DNA from: Pseudomonadota bacterium
GTDB lineage: Bacteria; Pseudomonadota; Alphaproteobacteria; Rhodobacterales; Rhodobacteraceae
DNA length: 24,024 bases
NCBI GenBank assembly: GCA_038530475.1
Contig: JBCBCS010000028.1
Location: 1-24,024, forward strand
Reading direction: 5' to 3'
The notes under the pieces: generated by a model
The model's input: the letters and a program-made list of their open reading frames with translations, nothing else
Databases searched by the model: none
Told to the model about the DNA's origin: nothing
Program-made: the position numbers and the translations under genes
Shown here: one piece after another, positions 15,543 to 24,024 of the stretch
How positions within the stretch are numbered: the first letter of the stretch is position 1
Layout of the letters: every line of letters starts with the position of its first letter

Positions 15543-15956
15543 TCAAGCGGGGTTGTCGCAGTTGCACATCCATTGAACGCCGAAGCGATCCTTGCACAGG
15601 CCGAACGCCGCCGCCCAGAAGGTTTTCTCCATCGGCATGACAATCTCACCGCCCGCTGACAGGCGATCGAACGCGGCGCGGGCGTCGTCGGGTGTGTCCC
15701 AACTGGTCTGAATGGAAAACCCCGAGAACGTGTGACCTGGCTCCGGCGCCCATGTGTCCGAGACCATGAGCGTGCCGCCTTCGAAGATAACGCGTCCATG
15801 GGCCAATCGGGCCGCCATGGCGTCCTCCATCGGCGGCATGTCGGGAATCTCACCAAAGGTCTGGACCGCTTCGATTCGTCCCTCCAAGGCGTCGGCGTAG
15901 AATTCCAGCGCCGCGCGGGCATTGCCGTCAAAGGTGAGGTATGGGTTGATGTCCAT
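15543..15956 (-). CDS. VOC/glyoxalase-fold protein (PhnB/YjdN-like)
   Basis: [17 protein letters not shown]...FG matches the PhnB-like 3-demethylubiquinone-9 methyltransferase-domain/VOC family, and the protein is 137 aa. Confidence 0.7.
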   Translation of the reverse strand: MDINPYLTFDGNARAALEFYADALEGRIEAVQTFGEIPDMPPMEDAMAARLAHGRVIFEGGTLMVSDTWAPEPGHTFSGFSIQTSWDTPDDARAAFDRLSAGGEIVMPMEKTFWAAAFGLCKDRFGVQWMCNCDNPA

Positions 15957-16053
15957 GATTGGGCCTCCTTTCTCGTCAGTCTAACACAGGTTGACTTGCG
16001 GCGGCGGTGGTCCGCGCCTAAAAGCGCGCGAAACCGCATCAAGGAGCATCGCA

Positions 16054-17151
16054 ATGGGGTTCAAGATGGGCATCGTGGGTCTGCCGAATGTCGGCAAATC
16101 CACCCTTTTCAACGCGCTGACCAAGACCGCTGCTGCACAGGCCGCGAACTTCCCCTTCTGCACGATTGAGCCCAACGTGGGTGAGGTCGCGGTGCCGGAT
16201 GCACGGCTGGAGACGTTGGCGGACATGGCCCAGTCGAAGAACCGGATCCCGGCGCGGATGACGTTTGTGGATATTGCTGGCCTTGTGAAGGGCGCCAGCA
16301 AGGGGGAGGGCCTCGGCAACCAGTTCCTCGCCAATATTCGGGAGGTCGACGCGATCGCCCACGTGCTGCGCTGCTTTGAGGACGGTGATGTGACCCATGT
16401 CGAAGGCCGCGTTGATCCCGTCGCCGATGCCGAGACGATTGAAACCGAACTGATGCTCGCTGATCTCGAATCCATCGAAAAGCGTCTGCAGAATATCGTC
16501 CGCAAGGTGCGCGGCGGCGACAAAGAGGCGGTGCAACAGCAACGCCTGATGGAAACAGCGCGCGAAGCGCTTGAGAACGGCCAGCCCGCCCGCACCGTTG
16601 AGGTCGATGACGATGACCGCAAGGCGTGGAATATGCTCCAGCTGCTGACGACCAAGCCCGTTCTTTATGTCTGCAACGTGGGTGAGGCTGAGGCCGCCGA
16701 CGGCAACGCGCATTCGCAAGCAGTGGCCGACATGGCCGCAGCCCAGGGCAACGGCCACGTCATCATCTCGGCCCAGATCGAAGAAGAGATCAGCCAGCTT
16801 GAGGCGGATGAGGCCGACATGTTCCTTGAGGAAATGGGCCTCGCCGAGGCCGGGCTCGACCGGTTGATCAAGGCGGGCTACGCGCTTTTGCACCTTGAGA
16901 CCTATTTCACCGTCGGCCCCAACGAAAGCCGGGCCTGGACGATCCCCGCCGGAACACTGGCGCCACGTGCCGCCGGTGTCATCCACGGCGATTTTGAAAA
17001 GGGGTTCATCCGGGCTGAGACCATCGCCTACGACGACTTCGTCGCCCTCGGGGGCGAACAGGGTGCCAAAGAGGCCGGCAAGATGCGGGCCGAGGGCAAG
17101 GCCTACGTCGTCAAAGACGGAGATGTCCTGCACTTCCTGCACAGCAATTGA
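16054..17151 (+). CDS. ychF: Ribosome-binding ATPase YchF (Obg-family GTPase)
   Basis: G1 motif [18 protein letters not shown], the DIAGLV G3 region and a C-terminal TGS domain ([13 protein letters not shown]) are present. The start was trimmed to [10 protein letters not shown] at 16054. Confidence 0.92.
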   Translation: MGFKMGIVGLPNVGKSTLFNALTKTAAAQAANFPFCTIEPNVGEVAVPDARLETLADMAQSKNRIPARMTFVDIAGLVKGASKGEGLGNQFLANIREVDAIAHVLRCFEDGDVTHVEGRVDPVADAETIETELMLADLESIEKRLQNIVRKVRGGDKEAVQQQRLMETAREALENGQPARTVEVDDDDRKAWNMLQLLTTKPVLYVCNVGEAEAADGNAHSQAVADMAAAQGNGHVIISAQIEEEISQLEADEADMFLEEMGLAEAGLDRLIKAGYALLHLETYFTVGPNESRAWTIPAGTLAPRAAGVIHGDFEKGFIRAETIAYDDFVALGGEQGAKEAGKMRAEGKAYVVKDGDVLHFLHSN

Positions 17152-17244
17152 ACTCCTGACGCGCGCCCTCGATGGTCATGGCAATGTGACTTTTCGGCGG
17201 GCTGCTCTGTGCTACTCTTAGCGGTGAGTTGATGGAGTGAGCAA

Positions 17245-17994
17245 ATGCGCATCTTTGCAATCGCATCTGTGACAAGTCTGATGTTAGGGCTCGCGCTAAC
17301 GCAAGCCGGCCACACGCAGGACGGTCCGGTTGAGACCGGACTGCCAGTGAACGATCCTGATGATATCATCGCCCTGTGTGGCGGCGATCCCAGCATGGGC
17401 ATCAGTGGATTTGAAGCATCCTGCGCCGCCTGCCACACGCTCGCAGAGGGGGAGCCACACATGGATGGCCCGAACCTTTACGCGCTGTATGGTCGGGTTG
17501 CGGGCTCTGCCGATGGGTTCGACTATTCGGCCGCGATGGTCGCATCAGGTGAGGCAGGCCTCATCTGGGATCGGGACACGCTTCAGCCCTTTTTTCAAGA
17601 TGTGGACGCGGTCGTCCCGGGCACCGTCCATCCCCAGATGCCAGAGATGGTCGATGAAGCCTATCGGACGAACCTGATGACCCATGTGCGTCTTACGACG
17701 ACGCCACCGCCGCCATCGCTGGATGAGGTTGTTGTCCCGGCCGAGGTGTTAGAGATGGAGGGGGATTTTGCCTACGGCGAATACCTCGCCTCCGAATGTG
17801 CGTCGTGTCATGTACCGGGCGGCAATGACGCGGCGAACATTCCGTCGATCCACGGTTTGGACCGCGATTACATGATGCTCGCGCTTTATCAATATCGACT
17901 AGGCGCGCGGGACAACACGACAATGGTCAATATTGCAGCCCGATTGGGCGATGAAGAAATCGCCGCACTGGCCGCCTATTTCGCCGCGCAATAG
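17245..17994 (+). CDS. Diheme c-type cytochrome (two CXXCH motifs) with signal peptide
   Basis: N-terminal signal-like segment MRIFAIASVTSLMLGLALTQA. Heme-binding motifs CAACH and CASCH. The first domain resembles cytochrome c2 (GPNLYALYGRVAGS..GF.YS). SD GGAGTGA lies upstream. Confidence 0.8.
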   Translation: MRIFAIASVTSLMLGLALTQAGHTQDGPVETGLPVNDPDDIIALCGGDPSMGISGFEASCAACHTLAEGEPHMDGPNLYALYGRVAGSADGFDYSAAMVASGEAGLIWDRDTLQPFFQDVDAVVPGTVHPQMPEMVDEAYRTNLMTHVRLTTTPPPPSLDEVVVPAEVLEMEGDFAYGEYLASECASCHVPGGNDAANIPSIHGLDRDYMMLALYQYRLGARDNTTMVNIAARLGDEEIAALAAYFAAQ

Positions 17995-18067
17995 GCCGGG
18001 ACCAACGGGCGCCGCAGCCCCCAGAAACCGCTTGCCCCCTCTGGCCCCCTTGATTAGACGGGTCAGC

Positions 18068-18157
18068 GGAGACGTGGCCGAGTGGTCGAAGGCGCTCCCC
18101 TGCTAAGGGAGTAGGCGGGAAACCGTCTCGAGGGTTCGAATCCCTTCGTCTCCGCCA
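18068..18157 (+). tRNA. tRNA-Ser (anticodon GCU), type II with long variable arm and encoded CCA
   Basis: GGAGACG acceptor, D-arm with GG, anticodon loop CTGCTAA, long variable arm (TAGGCGGGAAACCGTCTCGA), T-arm GGGTTCGAATCCC, acceptor 3' strand followed by GCCA. Confidence 0.9.
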
Positions 18158-18264
18158 TTACCCATATCGCTCATATTCCGGCATTGAGTGCTAGTTTGGG
18201 ATAGGTTCGCGGTGCAGCGCTTTGGACCGATTTTTCGAAAGTTCACGTCCTCCCCTTGATTTTT

Positions 18265-18277
18265 TATCGCGCGTAAA
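18265..18277. promoter_or_regulatory. Degenerate copy of the TTTACGCGCGTAAA palindrome upstream of the LacI-family gene (candidate autoregulatory operator)
   Basis: TATCGCGCGTAAA shares the CGCGTAAA half-site with the perfect palindrome at 19357-19370. It is located ~50 nt upstream of the regulator start. Confidence 0.35.
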
Positions 18278-18325
18278 GATCATGCGTCGTTGAGTAAAGG
18301 AGGGCCGAAACTTCGGCGCGTGCGG

Positions 18326-19345
18326 ATGGCTAAGATCAGGAACATGGAAGAATTCGCCAGTTTGAGCGGGATCTCCCGGCCCACCGTTTCAAAATACTTC
18401 AACGATCCCGAAAGCGTTCGCCCCAAGACCCGCGCCCGGATCGAAGACGCGCTGAAGGAATATGATTACCGGCCCAACATCTATGCGGTGAACCAGAACC
18501 GCAAGTTGACCAAGGCGATCGGAATCGTGGTGCCGCTGTTGGTCGACCCCTATTTCGCTGAGATCGCCCGCAAGCTGGAAAAGCGCTGCATTGATGCCGG
18601 CTATCGTCCGACCTTGTTCAGCGCCCACGGGCAAGCCGAGCATGAAGTCGAGGTGCTTGAGAGCCTGCGGGGGCTTAAACCTGCGGGGGTGCTCCTTGCG
18701 CCATTGGGTCGAGCATCTGACCATGCCATGCTTGAAAAGTTCTGCGCCGACGTGCCGACGCTGATCTTTGACAGTTCGGTGGGGGAATTCGGCCTGTCCT
18801 TCGTGGGATCGGACAACCGTCAATTCACCACGCATATCACCGACTACCTCTGCCGCACCGGCGAGCCGCCCTGCTTTTTTGAGATGAAGACGCCCGCCAA
18901 CCCCAACGCCCACCGCCGCCGTCAGGCCTATCTGGATGCGATGGAGGAGTTTGGGCAGCCAGCGCAGGTGATCTCGGTTGAGGGTGAAGGCTGGGACTTC
19001 GAAGAGATTGGCCGTTTGGGCGGTCACAAGGCGCTCGAAGAGGGCGTCTTCAGCACCAACACGATCCTATGCAGTAACGACCGGCTGGCAATTGGATTGC
19101 TGACAGCGTGCTATGAGCGCGGCATCTCGGTTGGGCGTGGACCAGAGTGTTCGATTCGTGTCGCCGGACAGGACGGACACCCCCATTCGCGCTACACCTG
19201 TCCCCCGCTTACGACGATTTCGCACGACTATGACGCCGTTTCGAAGACCGCGGCAGACAGCCTGTTTTCCGCGATTGAGGGTCATGTAGAGCCTTGGAAA
19301 AGCACGCGAATTCAGGGCAATCTCATGCTCAGAGATAGCGCCTGA
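18326..19345 (+). CDS. LacI-family transcriptional regulator (HTH plus periplasmic-binding-protein-like sugar-binding domain)
   Basis: N-terminal HTH MAKIRNMEEFASLSGISRPTVSKYFN followed by a PBP type I fold. It is adjacent to a sugar ABC operon. The start is ambiguous: TTG at 18290 or GTG at 18320 are also possible, and the only strong SD (AAGGAGG at 18296) lies inside that extension. Confidence 0.8.
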   Translation: MAKIRNMEEFASLSGISRPTVSKYFNDPESVRPKTRARIEDALKEYDYRPNIYAVNQNRKLTKAIGIVVPLLVDPYFAEIARKLEKRCIDAGYRPTLFSAHGQAEHEVEVLESLRGLKPAGVLLAPLGRASDHAMLEKFCADVPTLIFDSSVGEFGLSFVGSDNRQFTTHITDYLCRTGEPPCFFEMKTPANPNAHRRRQAYLDAMEEFGQPAQVISVEGEGWDFEEIGRLGGHKALEEGVFSTNTILCSNDRLAIGLLTACYERGISVGRGPECSIRVAGQDGHPHSRYTCPPLTTISHDYDAVSKTAADSLFSAIEGHVEPWKSTRIQGNLMLRDSA

Positions 19346-19356
19346 CAGCATTTTTC

Positions 19357-19370
19357 TTTACGCGCGTAAA
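19357..19370. promoter_or_regulatory. Perfect 14-bp palindrome TTTACGCGCGTAAA: candidate LacI-family operator in the promoter of the polyol ABC operon
   Basis: Exact inverted repeat with a central CG, as in LacI-family operators. A TTGACG -35-like hexamer sits 6 nt downstream and the SBP gene starts ~70 nt downstream. Confidence 0.55.
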
Positions 19371-19439
19371 TTTTTTGTTGACGCCGCGTGACGTCATCCC
19401 CTAGCCTCCTTGCATACATTCAGTAGGGAGGAACACCGA

Positions 19440-20753
19440 ATGTCTTTGAAGAGCACGCTTTGTGCTGCGACGGCTATGTCGCTCATCACTGCCGGCAGCG
19501 CGTTCGCTGACGGCCACTCTGCCACCATCACCATCGCGACCGTGAACAACGGCGACATGATCCGGATGCAGGGCTACACCGACCAGTTCACCGAAGAGAC
19601 TGGCATTGCCGTGGAATGGGTCACGCTGGAAGAGAACGTTCTGCGTCAGCGCGTCACCACCGACATCACCACCTCGGGCGGTGCGTTCGACATCATGACC
19701 ATCGGCATGTACGAAGCTCCGATCTGGGGCTCCAACGGCTGGCTCGTCCCGCTGGACGATCTGTCCGAAGAGTATGACGTCGATGATATTCTGCCCGCAA
19801 TGGCTGGCGGTCTATCCCATGACGGCACGCTCTATGCAGCACCGTTCTACGGCGAAAGCTCCATGATCATGTACCGCACCGACCTGATGGAAGCGGCTGG
19901 TCTGGAAATGCCGATGTCGCCCACATGGGAATTCATCGCTGAAGCTGCAGCTGCAATGACCGACCGTGACAACGACATCAACGGCATCTGCCTGCGCGGC
20001 AAAGCCGGTTGGGGTGAAGGCGGCGCGTTCATCAACGCAATGGCCAACTCCTTTGGTGCACGTGTTGTCGACGAAAACTGGCAGGCACAGCTGGACTCCG
20101 AAGCTTGGGCAAACACGCTCAACTTCTACAAGGACATGATGGATGCATCCGGTCCGACTGGCTACGCCACCAACGGCTTCAACGAAAACCTGTCCCTGTT
20201 CAACCAGGGCAAGTGCGGCATGTGGATTGACGCCACCGTGGCAGCATCCTTCGTGACCGGCGACGACAGCACTGTTGCTGACAGCGTTGGCTTCGCACTC
20301 GCTCCGAACACCGGCATGGGCAAGAACGCCAACTGGCTCTGGGCTTGGGCCCTCGCAATTCCGGCTGGCACCCAGCAGGAAGCAGAAGCCAAGCAGTTCA
20401 TCGAATGGGCTACGTCCAAAGACTATATTGAGCTGGTTGCAGCCAACGAAGGTTGGGCAAACGTTCCTCCGGGCGCACGTCAGTCGCTGTACGACAACCC
20501 GGACTACGCGTCTGTTCCGTTCGCTCAGATGACGCTGGACTCCATCCTGTCGGCTGACCCGAACAACCCAACTGTGGACCCTGTTCCTTACGTTGGTATT
20601 CAGTTCATGGCGATCCCGGAATTCGCTGGCTTCTGGACTGAAGTGAGCCAGGAATTCTCGGCCGCATATGCTGGTCAGCAGTCTGTCGAAGATGCACTGG
20701 CCAAAGGTCAGGCGATCGTCAACGACGCTCTGGACGCCGCTGGCTACCAGTAA
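19440..20753 (+). CDS. smoE: ABC transporter periplasmic substrate-binding protein, sugar/polyol family (SmoE-like sorbitol/mannitol-binding protein)
   Basis: Signal peptide MSLKSTLCAATAMSLITAGSAFA and a family-1 solute-binding-protein fold. It is the first gene of an SBP, two permeases, ATPase, SDR operon, which is the same order as the Rhodobacter smoEFGK-smoS operon as I recall it. SD GGGAGG lies upstream. The symbol is assigned by operon analogy. Confidence 0.8.
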   Translation: MSLKSTLCAATAMSLITAGSAFADGHSATITIATVNNGDMIRMQGYTDQFTEETGIAVEWVTLEENVLRQRVTTDITTSGGAFDIMTIGMYEAPIWGSNGWLVPLDDLSEEYDVDDILPAMAGGLSHDGTLYAAPFYGESSMIMYRTDLMEAAGLEMPMSPTWEFIAEAAAAMTDRDNDINGICLRGKAGWGEGGAFINAMANSFGARVVDENWQAQLDSEAWANTLNFYKDMMDASGPTGYATNGFNENLSLFNQGKCGMWIDATVAASFVTGDDSTVADSVGFALAPNTGMGKNANWLWAWALAIPAGTQQEAEAKQFIEWATSKDYIELVAANEGWANVPPGARQSLYDNPDYASVPFAQMTLDSILSADPNNPTVDPVPYVGIQFMAIPEFAGFWTEVSQEFSAAYAGQQSVEDALAKGQAIVNDALDAAGYQ

Positions 20754-20872
20754 GACTGACACCTCCCGGGCGGGGGCGGCGACAAACGTCGCCCCTTGAC
20801 CCACCCGATACCGCTCCTTCACCCTGAATTGTCCACCTTAGGCGTTTTCGCCTGACAATAGGATTATGTTCA

Positions 20873-21751
20873 ATGGCCACCAAAGCCTCCAGATCTGCCG
20901 CTCGCATCATGATGGCCCCCGCAGTGGTTCTGCTGCTCGGCTGGATGCTGGTGCCATTGATCATGACCCTCTACTTCTCGTTCAAACGCTATCTGCCGCT
21001 CCGTGGCGACAACCTTGAACGGGGCCTCGATTGGGTCGGTTTCGAAAACTACGCCCGATTCATCTCTTCCAGCTCGTTCTGGCCGAGTGTTCAGACCACG
21101 ATCGTGATGGTGGGCGGTGTCCTGCTGATCACGGTGGTCCTTGGCATCCTCCTGGCGATGCTGCTGGACCAGCCAATCTGGGGACAAGGCGTCGTCCGCA
21201 TCCTCGTGATCGCACCATTCTTCGTGATGCCGACCGTGTCGGCGCTCGTCTGGAAGAACATGATGATGGACCCGGTCAACGGCATCCTCGCCCACCTGTG
21301 GCGCTTCTTTGGGGCTGAGCCGGTGTCGTGGCTGTCCGATGTGCCTCTGGGCTCAATCATCATGATCGTCTCGTGGCAGTGGTTGCCCTTCGCCACGCTC
21401 ATCCTGCTGACGGCGATCCAGTCGCTCGATAGTGAGCAGCTGGAGGCCGCAGAGATGGACGGCGCACCGACGCTCAAGCGGTTCTGGCACATCATCCTGC
21501 CGCATCTGGGCCGCGCAATCACTATCGTGATCCTGATCCAGACGATCTTCCTGCTGTCGATCTTTGCTGAGATTTTCGTGACCACCGGCGGCGCCTTCGG
21601 CACCCGGACGCTCACTTACCTGATCTTCCAGCGGGTCATCGACAGTCAGAATATCGGGCTGGGCTCAGCGGGCGGCGTCTACGCCATCATCCTCGCCAAT
21701 ATCGTTGCCATCTTCCTGATGCGCATCGTTGGCAAGAACCTCGACAACTAA
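20873..21751 (+). CDS. smoF: ABC transporter permease (MalF/UgpA-type) of the polyol uptake system
   Basis: Six predicted TM segments and the EAA-like loop (LDSEQLEAAEMDGA) of MalFG-type permeases. The symbol is assigned by operon analogy. Confidence 0.8.
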   Translation: MATKASRSAARIMMAPAVVLLLGWMLVPLIMTLYFSFKRYLPLRGDNLERGLDWVGFENYARFISSSSFWPSVQTTIVMVGGVLLITVVLGILLAMLLDQPIWGQGVVRILVIAPFFVMPTVSALVWKNMMMDPVNGILAHLWRFFGAEPVSWLSDVPLGSIIMIVSWQWLPFATLILLTAIQSLDSEQLEAAEMDGAPTLKRFWHIILPHLGRAITIVILIQTIFLLSIFAEIFVTTGGAFGTRTLTYLIFQRVIDSQNIGLGSAGGVYAIILANIVAIFLMRIVGKNLDN

Positions 21752-21763
21752 CGGGAGGCAGGA

Positions 21764-22594
21764 ATGGCACGCGCAATCACACCGCAACGCAAAATCCTCA
21801 CCACGACTGTGGCCTGGACCATTGCTCTGATCATCTTCTTCCCGATCTTCTGGACGATCCTGACCAGCTTCAAGACCGAAGCGCAGGCGATCAACGACCC
21901 GCCGCTGTTCTGGAACTTCGACTGGACGCTTGAGAACTACTCGGTCGTGCAGGAACGCTCTGACTACATGAGGTTCCTGTGGAATTCCGTCATTATCGCG
22001 GGTGGCTCGACCCTGCTGGGTATTCTGGTGGCGGTGCCTGCCGCGTGGTCGATGGCCTTCGTGCCGTCGCGCCGAACCAAGGACATCTTGCTGTGGATGC
22101 TCAGCACCAAGATGCTCCCGGCTGTGGGTGTGCTTTACCCGATCTCGCTTCTTTTCGTGCAATTCAACCTGCTCGACAGTCGCATCGGCCTTGTGGTTGT
22201 GCTGATGCTCATCAACCTGCCGATCATCGTCTGGATGCTTTACACCTACTTCAAGGAAATCCCCGGTGAGATCCTTGAGGCCGCCCGGATGGACGGCGCG
22301 ACGTTGAAAGAGGAAATCCTCTATGTGCTGACACCCATGGCTGTGCCCGGCATCGCGTCGACGGTTCTGCTCAACTTCATCCTCGCCTGGAACGAAGCGT
22401 TCTGGACGCTCAACCTGACGGCGGCCAACGCCGCCCCGCTGACAGCCTTCATCGCAAGCTATTCCAGCCCCGAAGGTCTGTTCTTCGCCAAGCTTTCGGC
22501 GGCCTCCACCATGGCCATCGCGCCGATCCTCATCCTCGGCTGGTTCAGCCAGAAACAACTCGTCCGCGGCCTGACCTTCGGCGCCGTGAAATAA
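21764..22594 (+). CDS. smoG: ABC transporter permease (MalG/UgpE-type) of the polyol uptake system
   Basis: TM-rich, with an EAA loop (EILEAARMDGAT). SD GGGAGG lies 5 nt upstream. The symbol is assigned by operon analogy. Confidence 0.8.
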   Translation: MARAITPQRKILTTTVAWTIALIIFFPIFWTILTSFKTEAQAINDPPLFWNFDWTLENYSVVQERSDYMRFLWNSVIIAGGSTLLGILVAVPAAWSMAFVPSRRTKDILLWMLSTKMLPAVGVLYPISLLFVQFNLLDSRIGLVVVLMLINLPIIVWMLYTYFKEIPGEILEAARMDGATLKEEILYVLTPMAVPGIASTVLLNFILAWNEAFWTLNLTAANAAPLTAFIASYSSPEGLFFAKLSAASTMAIAPILILGWFSQKQLVRGLTFGAVK

Positions 22595-22606
22595 GGGACC
22601 ACTCTC

Positions 22607-23610
<1,004 letters not shown>

Positions 23611-23611
<1 letters not shown>

Positions 23612-24024
23612 TGCGGCTGGCGGGCAAAACAGCCCTGATCACAGGTGCCGCGCGCGGCATCGGGCTGGCCTTTGCCAAGGCGTACGTGGCCGAGGGCGCC
23701 AACGTCGCCCTCGCCGACATCAACGAAGACGCAGCCAAGGCGGCCGCGGATGAGATTGGCGACAAAGCGCTCGCCGTTGCGATGGACATCACGGATCAGT
23801 CCAGCATCGATGCGGGGATCGCCCAGACCGTCGATCATTTCGGGCAGATCGACATCCTGATCAACAACGCGGCAATCTTCACCGCCGCACCCATTGTTGA
23901 AATTGAGCGCGCCGATTATGCCCGGGTGTTTGAAATCAATGTGGCTGGGACGTTGTTTACGTTGCAGGCCGCCGCGCGTCACATGATTGCGCGGGGGATC
24001 AAGGGCAAGATCATCAACATGGCA
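23611..24024 (+). CDS. smoS: Short-chain dehydrogenase/reductase, sorbitol dehydrogenase-like; 3'-truncated by window edge
   Basis: TGATG overlap with the smoK stop. Rossmann motif GKTALITGAARGIG and the NNAA motif are present. Overall similarity to my recollection of R. sphaeroides SmoS is high (MRL.GKTALITG.ARGIG.AFA.AYV.EGA.VA.ADIN...IDIL.NNAA.F..API.EI....Y...F.INV.GTLF..QA.AR.MIA.G..GKIINMA). Confidence 0.85.

Noticed and set aside
14699-16054. 451-aa ORF fusing trpA with 188 upstream codons
   Set aside because: The upstream portion runs antisense through the VOC gene and is Arg/Trp/Pro-rich. TrpA homology starts at MSRIDAKF (15490).
16039-17142. 367-aa ORF on - strand
   Set aside because: Antisense to ychF, which carries the G1 P-loop and TGS domain.
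19351-19376. TTTACGCGCGTAAA + TTTTTT as a terminator for the LacI-family gene
   Set aside because: The stem would be AT-rich with only a CGCG core, making it a poor intrinsic terminator. Perfect dyad symmetry, the central CG and its position in the downstream operon's promoter fit an operator better. A dual role cannot be excluded.
19812-20822. 336-aa ORF on - strand
   Set aside because: Antisense to the substrate-binding-protein gene. No signal peptide or motifs.

Overview
High-GC alphaproteobacterial chromosome segment (Rhodobacteraceae-like), mostly housekeeping genes with one small accessory patch. Left third (+ strand): 3' end of rpsA, ihfB, a LapA-domain membrane protein, then trpF, a small ORF followed by three tandem perfect palindromes, trpB, and a small LuxR-type HTH gene. 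An atypical tRNA-like element at 5440-5512 precedes a ~4.9 kb accessory patch. The patch holds an SPFH/band-7 protein with a large internal insertion, a family I.3 (GHSLGG) lipase with RTX calcium-binding repeats (a T1SS substrate with no transporter in view), and a serine-hydrolase/DUF2237 two-gene operon. Core genes then resume but are rearranged: pth(-), a GAF-EAL c-di-GMP phosphodiesterase (+) wedged between pth and rplY/ctc(-), an FMN-dependent L-lactate dehydrogenase-like gene(-), trpA(-) lying ~10 kb from trpB on the opposite strand, a VOC/glyoxalase-fold protein(-), ychF(+) and a diheme c-type cytochrome(+). Right third: a bona fide tRNA-Ser(GCU), a LacI-family regulator, and a polyol (sorbitol/mannitol-type) ABC uptake operon: substrate-binding protein, two permeases, MalK-like ATPase, then an SDR sorbitol-dehydrogenase-like gene running off the window. 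A perfect 14-bp palindrome TTTACGCGCGTAAA sits in the promoter of that operon. No CRISPR array, integrase or transposase is visible. The features most worth follow-up are the tRNA-like element and the patch it flanks, the palindromic hairpin clusters associated with the split trp genes, and the orphan secreted lipase.
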